A DNA stretch of 64,000 nt from Eledone cirrhosa. Taxonomy: Eukaryota. The translations under genes were made by a program, and so were the position numbers. Below the pieces are notes generated by a model, which was not told the origin of the DNA, did not search any database, and worked only from the letters and a program-made list of their open reading frames with translations. Positions 1 through 15,768 of this stretch are shown here, one piece after another (the first letter of the stretch is position 1; each line of letters starts with the position of its first letter). The stretch lies in the NCBI GenBank assembly GCA_964016885.1, contig OZ024742.1, positions 25,854,001 to 25,918,000 on the forward strand, in the 5' to 3' direction.

Positions 1-928
1 TCTCCCTCTGCTCTATTTTTCTCTATTGCTAAAGCCTTACTAAACCTAATGGATTCTATTCTAATCTCTCTTTTCAGAGCAAACCACCACTTGTTGTTGA
101 CGATGGCCCCCGTCAACGCCCGCTTAACTAGTTCGCTAATCCGGTCTCTGTAGGCCTTGCGCGCTGGTAAGGACGCGTTTAGCTCCCAGTAGCCGGGTCC
201 TCGTCTATGAAGCCTATCTAAGTCAAGCACACAGATCACGAATTTGTGGTCCGTGTAGCTGACTATCTTGAATTGTTGACAGCCTATGCTGGACCTATCT
301 ATTTCCCTACAAAATACTCTATCTAGATATGATCTGGATGACCCTATGCGATTTGTCCAAGTCCACATTGGCACATTCGGGAAATCCAATCGGTACCTGT
401 CAGACAGTTCAAAACGCCTGAGCAGGTTGGTGAGGCTCTTGCACCCTCCACCCCTATCCGCTAATCCCACACAGTCCCAGCGTGCATCTAAGATCCCGTT
501 CCAGTCGCCCACTAACACTAAAGAGCGGGACGTTCCAAGAAAGGTCTCCAGACGCCGGAAGAAATCAGGCCGCTCTGCTCCTGTCGGGGCATAGACGGCC
601 ACTAGCCTGAAAGCTTGCCCGTCTCCACTGGTCACGTCCAGCACCACCAGCTTTCCCTCTGTGTCCAGGAAGACGGGCCCGTATGGCGAGATCCAAACCT
701 CTCCGAAAAAGCACAGCAACTCCTCCCCCCCGATTCAGGACGGCTGGGAGATTCGTACACATCTTAGCCGCCGAAGATCGGTGCGAAGACCCGTGCTTCG
801 GAGATTCTGGTCTCGCTGATGGCCACTACATCTATGTTTAGTGACCTGAGGTCGTTGAGCAGGTGACCCTGCTTCCGTGACGACCCCAAGCCACGCGCAT
901 TTATGCTGCCTATTCTGAGTGAGGTCAT
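1..928 (-). pseudogene. T1 ORF2 N-terminus (APE endonuclease), disrupted
   Basis: ATG at 928 begins MTSLRIGSINARGLG as in T3 ORF2. The frame is broken near 720-765. Confidence 0.85.
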
Positions 929-963
929 GTTTAAAATAGAGTGGAAAAGATGGGAAAGACCAC

Positions 964-3066
964 TTACCGTACTTTTCGTAGAGGAGGGATGGTTTTTACA
1001 TCCCTTTTCACTTGATCGTCTGGTGAAGGGACCGTTGAATCGTCCCTTCGGCTGGTCGTCGGCTCTTCTATGAGTATGTCTGAATATACTCTTCGATTGA
1101 TAGTTCCTCCTAGGTCCCTGAAATCACCAACTGCGTTGGGGAATTTCGTTTTAATGTTTGTGTATTGTTTCTGTGCTATTTTTAGCAGTCTTATGTTAGT
1201 TGGCGTTTTGATTGGTGCTGGTATTATGTAGTCGTGTTGTGAAATGTCTGTGTTCAATTATGTAAGTCATTAGTTTCTTGTTGTGTGTATTTATTGCCGT
1301 GCATTTGTTTTTCTGGGGGTGGGGTGTGGTTCTGCTATTTTCTTGTCGTTGTTCCTGGGTGTGTGTGTTTTGTTGCTGTGTTTGCGATGTTGGTGCTTGT
1401 GGTGGTGGTGTTGAAGGTGTTGTTGGCGGTGGGGTTGTCGCCGCGTGGTGATGGTGGTGCTAGTGTGGGTGGTGATGGTGTTGGTGGTGTTGCTGCTGTG
1501 AGTCTCTTTGCAGTAGACTTTACCCTTTTCTCATTTCATTCCTCCCTTTTCAAAGGCGACGATGCGCTGCTTCTGCGTTTGTGCCTTCTTACGACCTTTT
1601 GCCATCCCTCTCCCACCTCACACTCCATGTCTGATTCTGTGAGGTCGGGGAGGGGTACCAGCTCCACTCTTTCACTTGTTGTTGTTGGTGATGTTTGCAC
1701 TGGAGTCTCTGTTGCAGCTGCATTTGGTATTGCTGTTGTTGTTGTTAATATTTCCACTGCTGCTGCTGCTGTTTTTGATTTCCGTGGCGTGGGTATGGGT
1801 GCCACGGACCTATCGTTCCTGGTTGCCGCTTGTCCTGTTGCTGGTAGCCGTGGAGCCGGTTTCGGAAGGAGGGGGGTTTTCTCCTTTCTCAGGGTCTTCT
1901 CGTTGCAGAAGGCCATGAGGTGAGTCTTCGATCCACTGCGAAAGCATTTCGGGCGTTTGCCCTCAACACTTATGGGCAGTTGAGTGCCGTTATCGAAGTC
2001 TATCACATCCGGGATAGCTTCGATGCACTTCTGGTTGGTTCGGATTAACATCTCAATGGAGGTGCCGACCCAATCTTCTCTTACTTTTTTCTGTACTTGC
2101 AGTACAGTTGTTTTGTCCTCGATTCCGCGAGGACAGACGCGGCCAGCCAAGAAGGGGCCATCCCAGGGGGGACGTGGATCAGTTTGACCCTCACAATTAT
2201 TGCCCGCAGTAGGAGGGCACCAACACCATTTCCTCGCTCCTTAGGGTCACTAAGGATTGAGACTTTGCCTCCTGGGGTGTGGCAAAAAGTACGTCTACGG
2301 TGGCATATTTTTTACCTCGGGTGATGTGCGTTTTCCGCTGCCACACAGACCCCAAGGCTTTTTGTATTTGAGCCTCTGTGGCTCTTTCAACCCTACGGGA
2401 TTTTGTACTTACTGTACGGTACGTGACCGTACAGTGCTGTTGGGTTTCGAAAAATTTTTCCGCCGCCTTGCAGATTGCTCGGTGTCCAGTCTTTGTCACC
2501 ATCTTCTTCGCTTCCTCTAATTCCTCATTTGTTATGAGGATTGTTTCCAGGTTCTTCGCGATACCTGCAAACGAGATTGGTTTTTCTTTGCTGCTGTTGT
2601 TGTTGTTGTCGTCAGAGCTGCTGTTACTTTTGTTGTTGCTGCAGGTACTACGACTACTGCCTCCGCCGCTGTTGCTGTGGTTGTTGTTGGTGTTGCTGCT
2701 GCTAATGCTGTTGTTGTTTATGCTGCTGGTGATGCTGTTGCGGCTGCTACTGTTGTTTTCACTGTCACTGTTGCTGTTGTTATTACGGTTGCTACTGCTA
2801 TTATTCCTGACGTCAGACGAATGAACTGGGTTTTCGTATTTCCCGCACACCTGTTTCGTCGTTGTCGTCGTCGTCGTGGAGAAATCTTGCACGCTTTGCA
2901 CGAGACTTTTCTTTTCTGTCGTCGCTAGCGAAAGAGAAGGGAGGGAGAGAGACACATTTAAAGAAGGGAGGGAGAGAGACAGTCTTCTCTCTGCTGTAGT
3001 GATGATTGAGGAAGTAGAAGACGGAATGAGTGGGAGTGACCTATGAAAATTCTTTTTCGTAGCCAT
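964..3066 (-). pseudogene. T1 ORF1 (RNA-binding, RRM-like region plus CCHC knuckle), frameshifted
   Basis: ORFs 2197-3066, 1536-2150 and 964-1257 match T3 ORF1. The knuckle reads CFRSGSKTHLMAFC, with one Cys changed to Ser. Confidence 0.85.
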
Positions 3067-3284
3067 GTTGTTTTTTTTTGTTTAAAATAAATATTGGGCA
3101 CAAAACCCCAATAAGCAGTTATTTAACCCCGAAGGGCCAAATAACGGGCAGAAAGACCCCTCTCACGAGGAGGAGGTGTTTTTGTCTACAAGTTCGTTAA
3201 AGTTTTAAACAATTTACAATTGTTATAGCGTTCAAAATTTACAATACCTTACAGAGCCGAGCCTCCGTCAACCATAGTATTCAA

Positions 3285-3315
<31 letters not shown>

Positions 3316-5046
3316 GACGATGATGATGGTGATGAGAAAGATTGTGATGAGGATGACGATGATGATTATAATGATGATGAAGAAAGCATTAATAATAATA
3401 GTTGAGGGAAAGCTATATTCACTTGAGAGACATAATTGAAAACGTGGCTTACGATAATAATATTTATTATCATCCAAGTCTTGTTTGAAGATAAATGATT
3501 TGAGAATGCCTGCCGAACAAATGGAATGGTTTTCTTTAGAGAATATCTTTTACAATTCTCATTCCTTTATTTATAAATCGAGGAATGGGAATTCAGCTTA
3601 TTTAATTCAATTTAAATTTTAATAAGTCAAAGTTATTTATTAATCAGACAGGATTATTTAAAGAAGATATCTACAGAATGTAAACTAATGCACACACACA
3701 CAGACACAGAAACACAGACACTCACACACATATATATGTGTGTGTGTGAGTGTATGTATATATGTATATATGTAAACGTATATATATATATAGAGAGAGA
3801 GATAGATGTGTATCAGTATACATGCACACAAAAATATATATGAATAATTCTATTTTTGTATGCATGTAGGCGTATACATAAAAACATATATATATATAAA
3901 TATATATATGTGTGTGTGTGTGTGTTTACATATGTATGTGCATATATTTATATGTGGGTGTCTGTTTGTTTAGCGTAATAATAAAAAAAATAGTGATACA
4001 GGTCTGTATCAGTCGACGAAGTTATTCAAGATTATGTCGGCTACAACCTGGTTTCCTTCCATATCAAATCATTTTATTTCTGGAAGTCTCATCGTTCATT
4101 TTACTCACAAATACAGGATCAGTTTCCTCAGAGAATTAACGTATATGTGGTTGAGTATTCTACCGCCACGTGTTCTATTTACATATATCCCAAGGAGATT
4201 CTTCGAAAGAGAGAGTATGTGACAAATTTGTCCCTTTGAAATACAGTTACTGTTCATTCGGTGTATTTCCAAACACTTAGAAGGAAATGAGTTTGAACCC
4301 GGGCCTTAATGATTGCGAAACGAAATCTCCGCAAGATATACTTATCTACCAATACTCACAGTAACTCTGTACAATCTCTATATTAAGGTTCTCATAAATA
4401 CCAGAATTCATTTTTAAATAAAAGAAACCAGTGCAGTTCGTATTCGAATCCCCTAGAAATTTTTTGAATTCCGATTCGATTTACAATTTCAATTTTCAAA
4501 AAATAATTAATTTGAATTTCTTGTTATCGATTTCAGTTTATTCTAACAAGATATCAGCCACCCAAAAGATTATAAAAAAATAATCTGCAAAAGATATAAA
4601 AAATTCCTTAAAATAACTGAAGTCCAATATGAACGATCTTCTTCCTTCTAATTTTTCTTTCATGTTTTCTCTTTTCATTCGATATATTTTTTTTCTTTTT
4701 CTATATTTTTTCAGAAGATATTTTACTTTTTGTTCGTGAATTGGAAATAGCTCTGCCACATACAAAACCATATATGATTAATTACAAAGATTTTTAATAT
4801 ACTTTTCGTCGTCTCCAAGATTGGAGACGGCGGGAAATTGGATTTCGTTTCAAGAATGCATATTTTGGGAAACAGATAAAGCAATGTTATTTTGGGTACG
4901 GTTCTACTGAGTTTGGCCTCGTATTTAACTATGAAAAAATATTCACTTCCTGAACGAAATTTCTATGTGCCAAATTGGTAACAAAAGATGTCAGCGATTG
5001 CATATACGCATACACACATACACACTTACCCAAACACACGCGCGCA

Positions 5047-5155
<109 letters not shown>

Positions 5156-5570
5156 TGGTGTATGTATGTTTATATCTATATATATATATATAGGTGTGTG
5201 TGAGTGTGGGCGTGTGCGTAGACATATATATGGATGTATAAATATATATATATATATATTTATGTGTGTGTGTATGTATATATTTATGTGTGTGTGTGTG
5301 TATGTATACATAAATTGCTGTTTCTGTGTGCGTGCGCCTGTAGTTTTTGTTGTATAAAGGGAAGAGTGCTATTGATCAATGAAGATGAAACAGGGGATGA
5401 GCACCCCAAGGGCACCGTTTCAAATGGATAACATTGGCAAGTTGATTTGACGTATATTCTATATAGTCTGGTGTTCGTCCGGGTATTCATCCGGGTTATT
5501 TAGAATGATGCAGCGTGGAGGGGGAAAGCAACATCTGTAAAATGATCAAAACAAGTAAGAGTCGTACTAA

Positions 5571-5725
5571 ATAATTGTTTCTACTTTTGGCACAATGTCA
5601 GCAGTTATCCGAGAGCATTACTGGTACTTTATTTTATCGACCCTGTAACGATCAAAGGCAAAGTTAATCTCGGCGGGATTTGAACTCAGACCATAAAGGA
5701 GCGTAACTCTATGCTGCAAAGCGTA
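5571..5725 (-). mobile_element. tRNA-derived SINE family A (partial)
   Basis: Same body as the copies at 24666, 26998 and 28081. B-box GTTCAAATCC on the - strand; 3' end GTAGAAACAATTAT. Confidence 0.8.
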
Positions 5726-5756
5726 ATTCTATGATGCAAGAGATGTAGAGTTGGTT

Positions 5757-6035
5757 GGAGGCTCCTGGCCTGGTGGTAAGGGTGTTGGACTTACATTCAT
5801 ATTGTTGTGGGTTCCATTATTGGATTGACTTATGTGTTGTGTTCTTGATAAAATACACTTCATTTCTCGTTGCTCCAGTATACTCAACTGAAAATGAATA
5901 CCAGCAGTAGCTGTGGGCTTAACCCTGCAATGCACTGGCGTCTTGCCTATGGTGGAAGGGCATCGCGTAATAACAGTCGTTTTAATCCACGGGCTCAAGA
6001 CACACTTTAGATTTTTCGGGGCATACTTGTTTGGC
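5757..6035 (+). mobile_element. tRNA-derived SINE family B (degenerate)
   Basis: Head GGAGGCTCCTGGCCTGGTGGTAAGGGTGTTGGACT (A-box) and a degenerate B-box, then TGTTGTGTTCTTGA..ACACTTCATTTCTCGTTGCTCCAGT, a CORE/V-like central motif. The 3' boundary is approximate. Confidence 0.55.
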
Positions 6036-6044
6036 AAGAATATG

Positions 6045-6083
<39 letters not shown>

Positions 6084-6390
6084 TGGTGACAAAAACATTG
6101 AATTGACTGACCTAAATACAACGAACAGATTATTCTGATGTCAATCTGGGTTCTTGTACGCCTCTGTATATGTGTACATATTTACCTGAACCTGTGCGCA
6201 CTTGAATATGGATATATAACCTTTCACAAAGGGCCGTCTTACAAACCCCGCAGCCGATAACATTTGGCAAGTCCCTACATTTCAAATCATTTGCGATGGA
6301 AGTGTATCTGTAACGAGGCTGCGGATAGTGTAAGAATTATTTCGACACAAGGCAATATATGATAAGTATTAAGTAAAACTATATTTACTT

Positions 6391-6503
6391 ATAATTGTTT
6401 CTGATTAAGGCGCAAGGCCAACAATTTGGATAGAGGGGGTAAAGTGATAACATCGACCCCAGTGTGTTGTTGATTATATTATCGACCCTGTAAGGATAAA
6501 AGG
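6391..6503 (-). mobile_element. SINE family A-related 3' fragment
   Basis: ATAATTGTTTC..GGCGCAAGGCCA..ATCGACCCTGTAAGGATAAAAGG matches family A. Confidence 0.6.
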
Positions 6504-6599
6504 TCTATATGAATTCATATGAAGATATTTGCTATAATAAACAAAACATTTAGTTGCGTTGCATGAACATATCATGTCGTTCTTGAGTACTGTCAGTAT

Positions 6600-6890
6600 G
6601 TTGTACCCCAGTGCCTCTCACATGGTCAGGTCATGGCAGACTAGACTGGCGAACCCACGGAACTTTCTTTGGGAGGAGCCTAATTTCTAAATACCTGAAA
6701 TGGCACAGAATCCCTGGAGTATTAACGGCATTCCAGTCAAATTAAAAAAAGTAATGGGTAGGAATAGCTTGTTAGCCTTGCATGGCAGTCTGTCTAGGAG
6801 AGGATCCACTCCGATATAAAAACAGAGGAAGATGGAACTACGTAGCCACTTCGGGGAAAATGGTCGGTTCCGCATTTACATAAGCTGTCT
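6600..6890 (+). mobile_element. Possible RTE-type LINE 5' UTR relic
   Basis: GGCAGTCTGTCTAGGAGAGGATCCACTCCGATATAAAAAC resembles a motif I recall from RTE 5' UTRs. No ORF is recognised. Confidence 0.3.
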
Positions 6891-7576
6891 CTAAGGCACT
6901 TTTAAAAAGCTGGCGGAGTCCATCCCCTCAGAATGAAGCAGATTATATACAGAGATGGATAGAGAGTCAGAGAATGGAAGTGTGAGACTGATATAAAAGA
7001 AGAATCGAAGATAGATATAGATTGGTAATACTGTTATCGACCTCAAATGCATGAAATATGATATATCCAACAGTAAATCCAGCGACCCAGTCCTCGACGA
7101 CATGACATTGGGCATAATTTCATAACCTAACAGAGTCTCACTACTAAGCTAATCTCTGTATCTCCAGTATTGCCAACAATTTGACATATATCTATATAGA
7201 TGGCAGGGCGGCGTCCTTGTTTGGGAATCAGAGAGAATTGATTCAGTTATTTTCTGATCAAACATACATTCTGATCGATGACATCAAACAGATTTAACTA
7301 GCGATCCCACCAAAAATATGTTTGAATTTAATGTGGGTTTCAAACCACTCTCCTATTAACAGAAATGTGCAGATTAAGAAATTAATGAGTCTCGTTATGA
7401 GAGCCTGTATACATTACTTCCAAACATATTCTACATATGTTCTGTGAATACATATTTTTTGATACTCACAAATACACAGACACAGACACACCCTCCCACA
7501 CACAAACAAATATATATATATATATATATGCGAAAGCTAGTGAGCATGAAAGAGTAAGAAACATACATGCATATAG

Positions 7577-7903
<327 letters not shown>

Positions 7904-8201
7904 CAGAGACAGAGAGTGGGGGGAGATAGACTGGAATATAGAGTCATTACAACCGCTGATATTTGCACAATTAATAGACAAGTTGCAATAAAACATCACC
8001 AAACGATTCTAAAGCAATTATAGACATTTACCACGGACAAGGATCCAACTTTGGGAGTTACTAATAACAAGGTAACATAATTGGGTGCATCATGAATCCA
8101 TTTATTTTGTTTTCATTTTTCGTCCTCTTCTGACAAATATTAACTTATCTGCAATATCAATCACCAAATAAGGGTTCGTTAGGGCCTGGCATTGATTACT
8201 T

Positions 8202-8266
<65 letters not shown>

Positions 8267-8388
8267 GTAATATAAATATGATCATATATATAAATATATA
8301 TATATATACATAATAATATAAATATAATCATATATATATATATGATCTTATATATATATAAACATATAGATATGTATATATAAAATAA

Positions 8389-8466
<78 letters not shown>

Positions 8467-8820
8467 TAGTAGTTAAGATTAGCCTTGTTTAGTGATCTAC
8501 ATTCTAGTTGGTATTATATATGATAAGTGACAGGTATTATTATAAGTCAATAATTACGTCCTTGCTGTGTTGTTTGTCATTGCAACTGACTAGACCTAGT
8601 TCTGGCATTATCCAGTATAACTCCCATTAAACACTATCCATCTTTGTCTATTCCTATTGTTCTCGTGTTTGTCTCCTTCATAAAGCAAATAGCAAAACTG
8701 AAATGCGTCTTCCGTCACATTTGACGATGAATCTATCCACTGAAAGATCAATTGAACCACACATTATTTCAAATTTAACCTGATAACCTGAAAAGTCGAG
8801 TAATAGAAAAAGAAAATAGA

Positions 8821-8935
<115 letters not shown>

Positions 8936-9385
8936 AGAGAAGAGTCAGAACCCCGACGGTAGAGCTCAAACCGTTTCGACAACTATTTCTGGATACGATT
9001 AAATCAACACTATATATATATAGTTACAAAATGATTTTGAACACTACAGTATCATAAATATACCTAATTTCTGTGCTCGCTAATTTCATATGAATTGTCA
9101 CCAGCAGATGGAGTAGCAGAAACTAATGTATTAGTCCGGCGCCAGAGAATCAAATTCTCTACCCACACGAAATCGTTTTTCTCCGTTTATCCTGTTTGCG
9201 TCCACTCTGCTTTTTTTTATGTTGGGCTCTTAATGATACAGACTTAATTAAACCATTGAATGAGTGGGAGAAGATATATCGGTCCTATTCGTTGACTTCA
9301 TTTCAGTATTATATATATATATTTATATAAAATAACTAAGTCAAATATGTAAAATTTGGCTTCGTTTATTATAAATTATAGATAT

Positions 9386-9440
9386 ACTGCTATATATATT
9401 TCGGCGACAGCCATCATTGGCTGTGACCTCTTCAGGCAGT
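9386..9440 (-). ncRNA. Minimal type I hammerhead ribozyme motif
   Basis: The - strand reads ACTGC-CTGAAGA-GGTCACAGCCA ATGA TGGCTGTCGCC-GAAA-TATATA-TA-GCAGT. Stem I is a perfect 5 bp, stem II about 10 bp, stem III palindromic, with an AUA site. AATAAA follows about 15 nt downstream. Confidence 0.8.
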
Positions 9441-9545
9441 CCAAATTGGTGTGGGAAAGACATATCTTGAAGTGTTAAAAATAACTGTGAGAGAATCCCA
9501 AGTATGAATAAATGTATGTTTGAAGATAACGAAATGTTTTGTTTC

Positions 9546-10944
<1,399 letters not shown>

Positions 10945-10960
10945 TACATATACATATATG

Positions 10961-11103
<143 letters not shown>

Positions 11104-11571
11104 TGTTATATATATTCATATATATATTTATATATATATGTATATCCTCATGAGATTCTTTTTCTCTTAGAATTAGAAATCCGTGAAGCATAGATAATTT
11201 TCCCAACAAACAAAACCCTCATTTACGTTTATATAATTCCTTAGCTTTACGTTTACGTCCTCCTCTGACATTTTCTAATTTCTTTCTAATCTCATTTAAA
11301 GTCATCTTACAAAGTGACTATCGATTCTCACCACTGTTTGTCTTTTTCGTGTGTTTTTCGGAATTTTATTACTTTTTGTTATAGTATATTATACAAGGTT
11401 ATTTTCACTTTTTCCCTATTTTGCTTTCACTTGTTTTCGATTGAGTGCGTTCATCTTTCGCTTTTTTTCCTTCCATCAGCTTCCTTATATAAATAACACA
11501 CACACGCACACACACATACACACACATACACACCTACTCACACACTCACACACATACACACAAAACACACA

Positions 11572-11628
<57 letters not shown>

Positions 11629-11659
11629 GCATATATTTCTATTCATACATATATATAAA

Positions 11660-11715
<56 letters not shown>

Positions 11716-11836
11716 TGTTATACATATATATACTCATATATTTATATATAGATATATATATATATACTCATATATTTGCATATACATAAATATATACTCC
11801 TATATTTATATATACACATATATATATATATATACT

Positions 11837-11911
<75 letters not shown>

Positions 11912-12156
11912 ACATATATATATAAATATATATATATATTTGTTTTGCGTGGTTTTTGATGTGAAATCGTGTGTCGAAACAAATATTGTTATACTTGGGG
12001 AAGGTCATTTTCTTGTAATAATATTGCCAGAAATAATAACAGAACACACTCACTGTTTGGTTCTTTTTCGCTTCTGTATCATTTATATCTCCACAGTTAA
12101 TTCATTCGGTCCTCAATGTTTACCATTGACTGACCAACGATCAAAAATACAGATAT

Positions 12157-12374
12157 AATATAGATATAAATACATATCTATATCCTAACAAAGTCGTTTC
12201 GTTGCACATGTGCCACACGTCAGTGGTACTATTATGTTCCTCCTGTTGTATTGCATATAATGATGGCGTAGATATACAATACAACAGGATGAACATAATA
12301 GTACCACTGACGATGTTGAACTTGTGCAACGAAAGAACTTTGTTAGACTATATATATGTGTTTATATCTATATT
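12157..12374. repeat. ~100-bp diverging inverted repeat containing degenerate hammerhead motifs
   Basis: Arms at 12157-12258 and 12272-12374. The + arm reads CTGACGA-T-GTTG AACTTGTG CAAC-GAAA (12307-12334). Confidence 0.75.
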
Positions 12375-12931
12375 ATGCACACAAACAAGATATCATGACT
12401 CAGTGGACTATAAATACGTATACATCTAATTCTAATTTACACATGAGTCATTAGCATTAGGAAGGTGCGCTCTCATGGATCATTCATCATTCGATACTCT
12501 ACCCCTATAAAAATAATCATGAAATGTAATACCAGTCTATGAATTTAATTATGTACCGCATTACTGCTAAATAAGTTGGATTCCTGGTAATTTTAAATAA
12601 TGAATATCAAACAACGAAACACAAAGGAAATCTCAGGTGATTGCTTCATATATCATTTTGGTAAGATACTAAACAAATGTGACATTTGTGCCTGACACTT
12701 CACCTCTCGTTTTATCAATTTTATGGCGGACATACAAGGTGACTCTGAAAAGTTATTGGCTTTGTTTAAAAGAAACTACAGGAGGATCTGTTAATTATGA
12801 TTTTATTCAACATATTCCTCTCTCAGATTTAAACATTTATTGCAGCGGTCTATCAGTTTTTCTACGTTCTGTAAAAAGAACTCGGGAGGTTGTGCCTACA
12901 ACCGACCCTCTGTGTGTGTGTGTGTTTATTA

Positions 12932-13250
12932 AAAAATATAGACCATCATTAAATATAGTTTAATATACATTATCTCAACACCTTAACATGCTAACCATCA
13001 AAACAGACACATACATACACACACACACATAACACCTTCTATTTTAGAAAATATAGACCAGCATTAAATATAGTTTAATATACATTATGTCAACACCATA
13101 ACATGCTAATCATCCAAACAGACACATACATACACACACACACATAACACCTTCTATTTTAGAAAATAAAAACCAGAACTAAATAAACCTTAACATACGT
13201 TAATACTCTAACACCTTAACATGCTAACCACACCCCAACACACACATAAC
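12932..13250 (+). repeat. ~116-bp tandem repeat, about 2.7 copies
   Basis: AAAATATAGACCA(T/G)CATTAAATATAGTTTAATATACATTAT...ACACCTTCTATTTTAG recurs at about 12932, 13048 and (diverged) 13163. Confidence 0.85.
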
Positions 13251-13299
13251 TCCCTCCCCCATTTCTACTAACGGAATCATTTTCCTACACACACACATA

Positions 13300-13418
13300 A
13301 AACATATATATATATTCTCTCCATCTTAACATGCTAACGATACTCCCACACATACACATAAACAGACACACACACCCACACACATCCCTCCCCCATTTCT
13401 ACTAATAGAATCCTCTTC

Positions 13419-13494
<76 letters not shown>

Positions 13495-14340
13495 CAGCAC
13501 ACAAATAAACATACATATCTCTACTTTCTTTATTTCAATAGAAAGTCTGAATTTTGACACCCCAACACACCAGCCATATTCACTGAACCAGAACAATTCT
13601 CCCCATCCCGTTTTTTCTTGACCATTATATTTTGTTTGACACAATATTCTCTAAAAGGCTACAAAATAAATTCCCAAATACGGGCGCGAAAGTTAATGTA
13701 CTTGTTCACGTGACAGTCATAATTTCATTTATAACCAATCAAATTACATATCAGCACACCAGTCATACTCAGAACAACTATCTCCATTCATTTTTATTGA
13801 CCATTATCTTTTGTTTGGCCCCAAATTCTCTAAATGGCTACAAAAAATTCCAAAATACGGGCACCAAATTTAATGCACTTGTTCACGTGACAGTCATAAT
13901 TTCATTTAAAACCAATCGAATTACATTTATTTAAAAAAGCTTTTTTAGTAAAAAGAAATTCAAACACAAACTGGCGCGAAAGCGGATGTGCTTATTCACG
14001 TGACTGCATCAACCAACCAAACTTCACTCATATATGAAAAAACAACCTGAGCACCCCTTATTTTGAAGGCAAATATAATAAGAACTTTGTTTTGTAACCC
14101 GAACTAGCGCGAAATTTATTATACTTATTCACCAACCAACCAAATTACTTCTCTAAAAACCTAGCATTTAGAGCCACTTTTTTCAATATAAAACAGAAGT
14201 AACATTCAAACACCAACCAGATGTGAGAAAAACCACAAACCTTCCATCTCAATTCTACTTTTGAAAAGCAGAACTGCGAAATGGGTAAAGGAACCAAATA
14301 AATATATATTAAAAAAAAAAAAAAGACTCCAGTTGCATTT
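13300..14340 (+). mobile_element. Solo 3' / pseudo-LTR region of a Penelope-like element, paralogous to 19150-19700
   Basis: Collinear similarity: (CA)n tract, AATAGAAA..CTGAA, repeated GGCGCGAAA/TCACGTGAC/ACCAATCA modules, and GAGCCACTTTTTTC..ATAAAACAG. Confidence 0.6.
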
Positions 14341-14357
14341 TCGATTTCATCTTATTT

Positions 14358-14388
<31 letters not shown>

Positions 14389-14399
14389 ACTTTAACTTT

Positions 14400-14538
14400 G
14401 ATAACTTTGATAGGTTTCGGCCAGTATTGGCCCAGGTCATGTCTAACTTAATAGCACCACCTGGCGAAGTCTTACAAATCAGTGTTTGGGCACCATGGCC
14501 CACTCGAGCAGAGAGTTATTGTTTACGGAGGCATATCC
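14400..14538 (-). mobile_element. 3' end of a CR1/L2-type LINE (same family as 20199-20765)
   Basis: About 140 bp closely similar to 20205-20339 (ACTTTGATAGGTTTCGGCCAGTATT...GGAGGCATATCC). Confidence 0.75.
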
Positions 14539-15765
14539 ACGGAATATGGACTCAGACTACACATACTCGGCATAACTGGAAAAGTAAGTGAGTGGCTGCA
14601 CGACTTCTTAAAGGACAGAAGCCAGACAGTCGCAGCAAACGGGGCCCTCTCAAAGGAAACATCAATAACAAGTGGGCTGCCCCAAGGCACAGTCCTGGGA
14701 CCACTACTGATTTTGGTGGCTCTCTCAGCCATGCCATATGTAGTACATACAACAACATCCCTCACTAGCTATGCTGATGACACTAAGGTAGCACAGGCAA
14801 TCAAAAACCCGTCTGACGCTGCCCTTTTACAACAAAATCTGGATGCCATATATAAATGGGCGGAAGACAACAACATGCAGTTTAATGCTGGCAATTCCAA
14901 GCCCTACAATGCAAAACTGCAAACACAAATACAGTACAGCACAGTTACGCCGGACCAGGGGGGACCGATATCCCCGTGTCAAAATCGATACGAGACCTGG
15001 GTATAGACATGAGTGTTGATGCTTCTTTATTATCACACATCAAGTGTCGACAATGTGCAGACGACCCGCTGGCTAGATCTTGAGGACTTTCTGGACAAGA
15101 GACCTAGACACCATTTTGACACTATGGCGGAAATTTGTCCCAAGCCACCTGGATAATTTCTCCCATTTGTGGTCACCCCATACTGTCAAACTAACCACGG
15201 AGCTTGAGGCAATCGAACGAAGCTACACCAAGAGGATTGCGACGATGAAGGAGATAAGCTACTGGGAGGGGCTAAAAGAACTGAGCCTCTACTCCTTGGA
15301 ACGAAGACGGGAGAGATACGCAGTGATCTTCATGTGGAAAATCCTGGAGGGACTAGCAGCAAACTTTGGCATTGGGAGCTGGACCAACCGCCGAACAGGA
15401 CGTCACGGTGTGATGCCAAAGGTACCGTCTTCCTCATCTAGAATAAGGAGCAGATATTGCAATAGCCTGGGATTCAAGGGCCCTCAACTCTTCAACAAGC
15501 TGCCGAGAGATCTGAGAGATCTGCATGGTGTCGAGGTGGATGTCTTCAAGAAACATATCGACACCTTGCTATCCAGGATCCCGGATGAGCCCACAGCAAG
15601 GCACGAGGGAAACATAAAGGCAGCCGCAACGAACTCCCTCTTGCACCAGTGGTCAACCAATACAGGCTGGAGATAAAACGTGTAGCAACAAGGGCGGTGC
15701 CCCAGCATGGCCTCAGAAGGCGGATGGCTGGAACAGGTAAAAGGGTAAAAGAGTAAAAGAGTAAT
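14539..15765 (+). mobile_element. 5'-truncated CR1/L2-group LINE (RT and C-terminal region), degenerate
   Basis: SGLPQGTVLGPLL and SYADDTKV RT motifs, YWEGLKELSLYSLERRRER C-terminal motif, and a 3' tail of GTAAAAG(A/G) repeats at 15737-15763. Confidence 0.88.
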
Positions 15766-15768
15766 CTG

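Larger units (their letters stand above)
1..3282 (-). mobile_element. Tx1/L1-clade non-LTR retrotransposon, copy T1 (5' part; runs off the left window edge)
   Basis: ORF1 fragments and ORF2 APE/linker are near-identical to copy T3 (41476-44232). The 5' end abuts (AAT)n at 3283. Confidence 0.9.

Noticed and set aside
1285-2928. Hydrophobic poly-L/V ORFs on the + strand (also 42685-44246, 53-54 kb and 59-60 kb) resembling membrane proteins
   Set aside because: They are antisense readings of the low-complexity Asn/Thr/Ser-rich Tx1 ORF1.
4810-4829. Perfect 9-bp hairpin CGTCTCCAA-GA-TTGGAGACG
   Set aside because: It is isolated, has no CUGANGA core nearby, and is too short to interpret.
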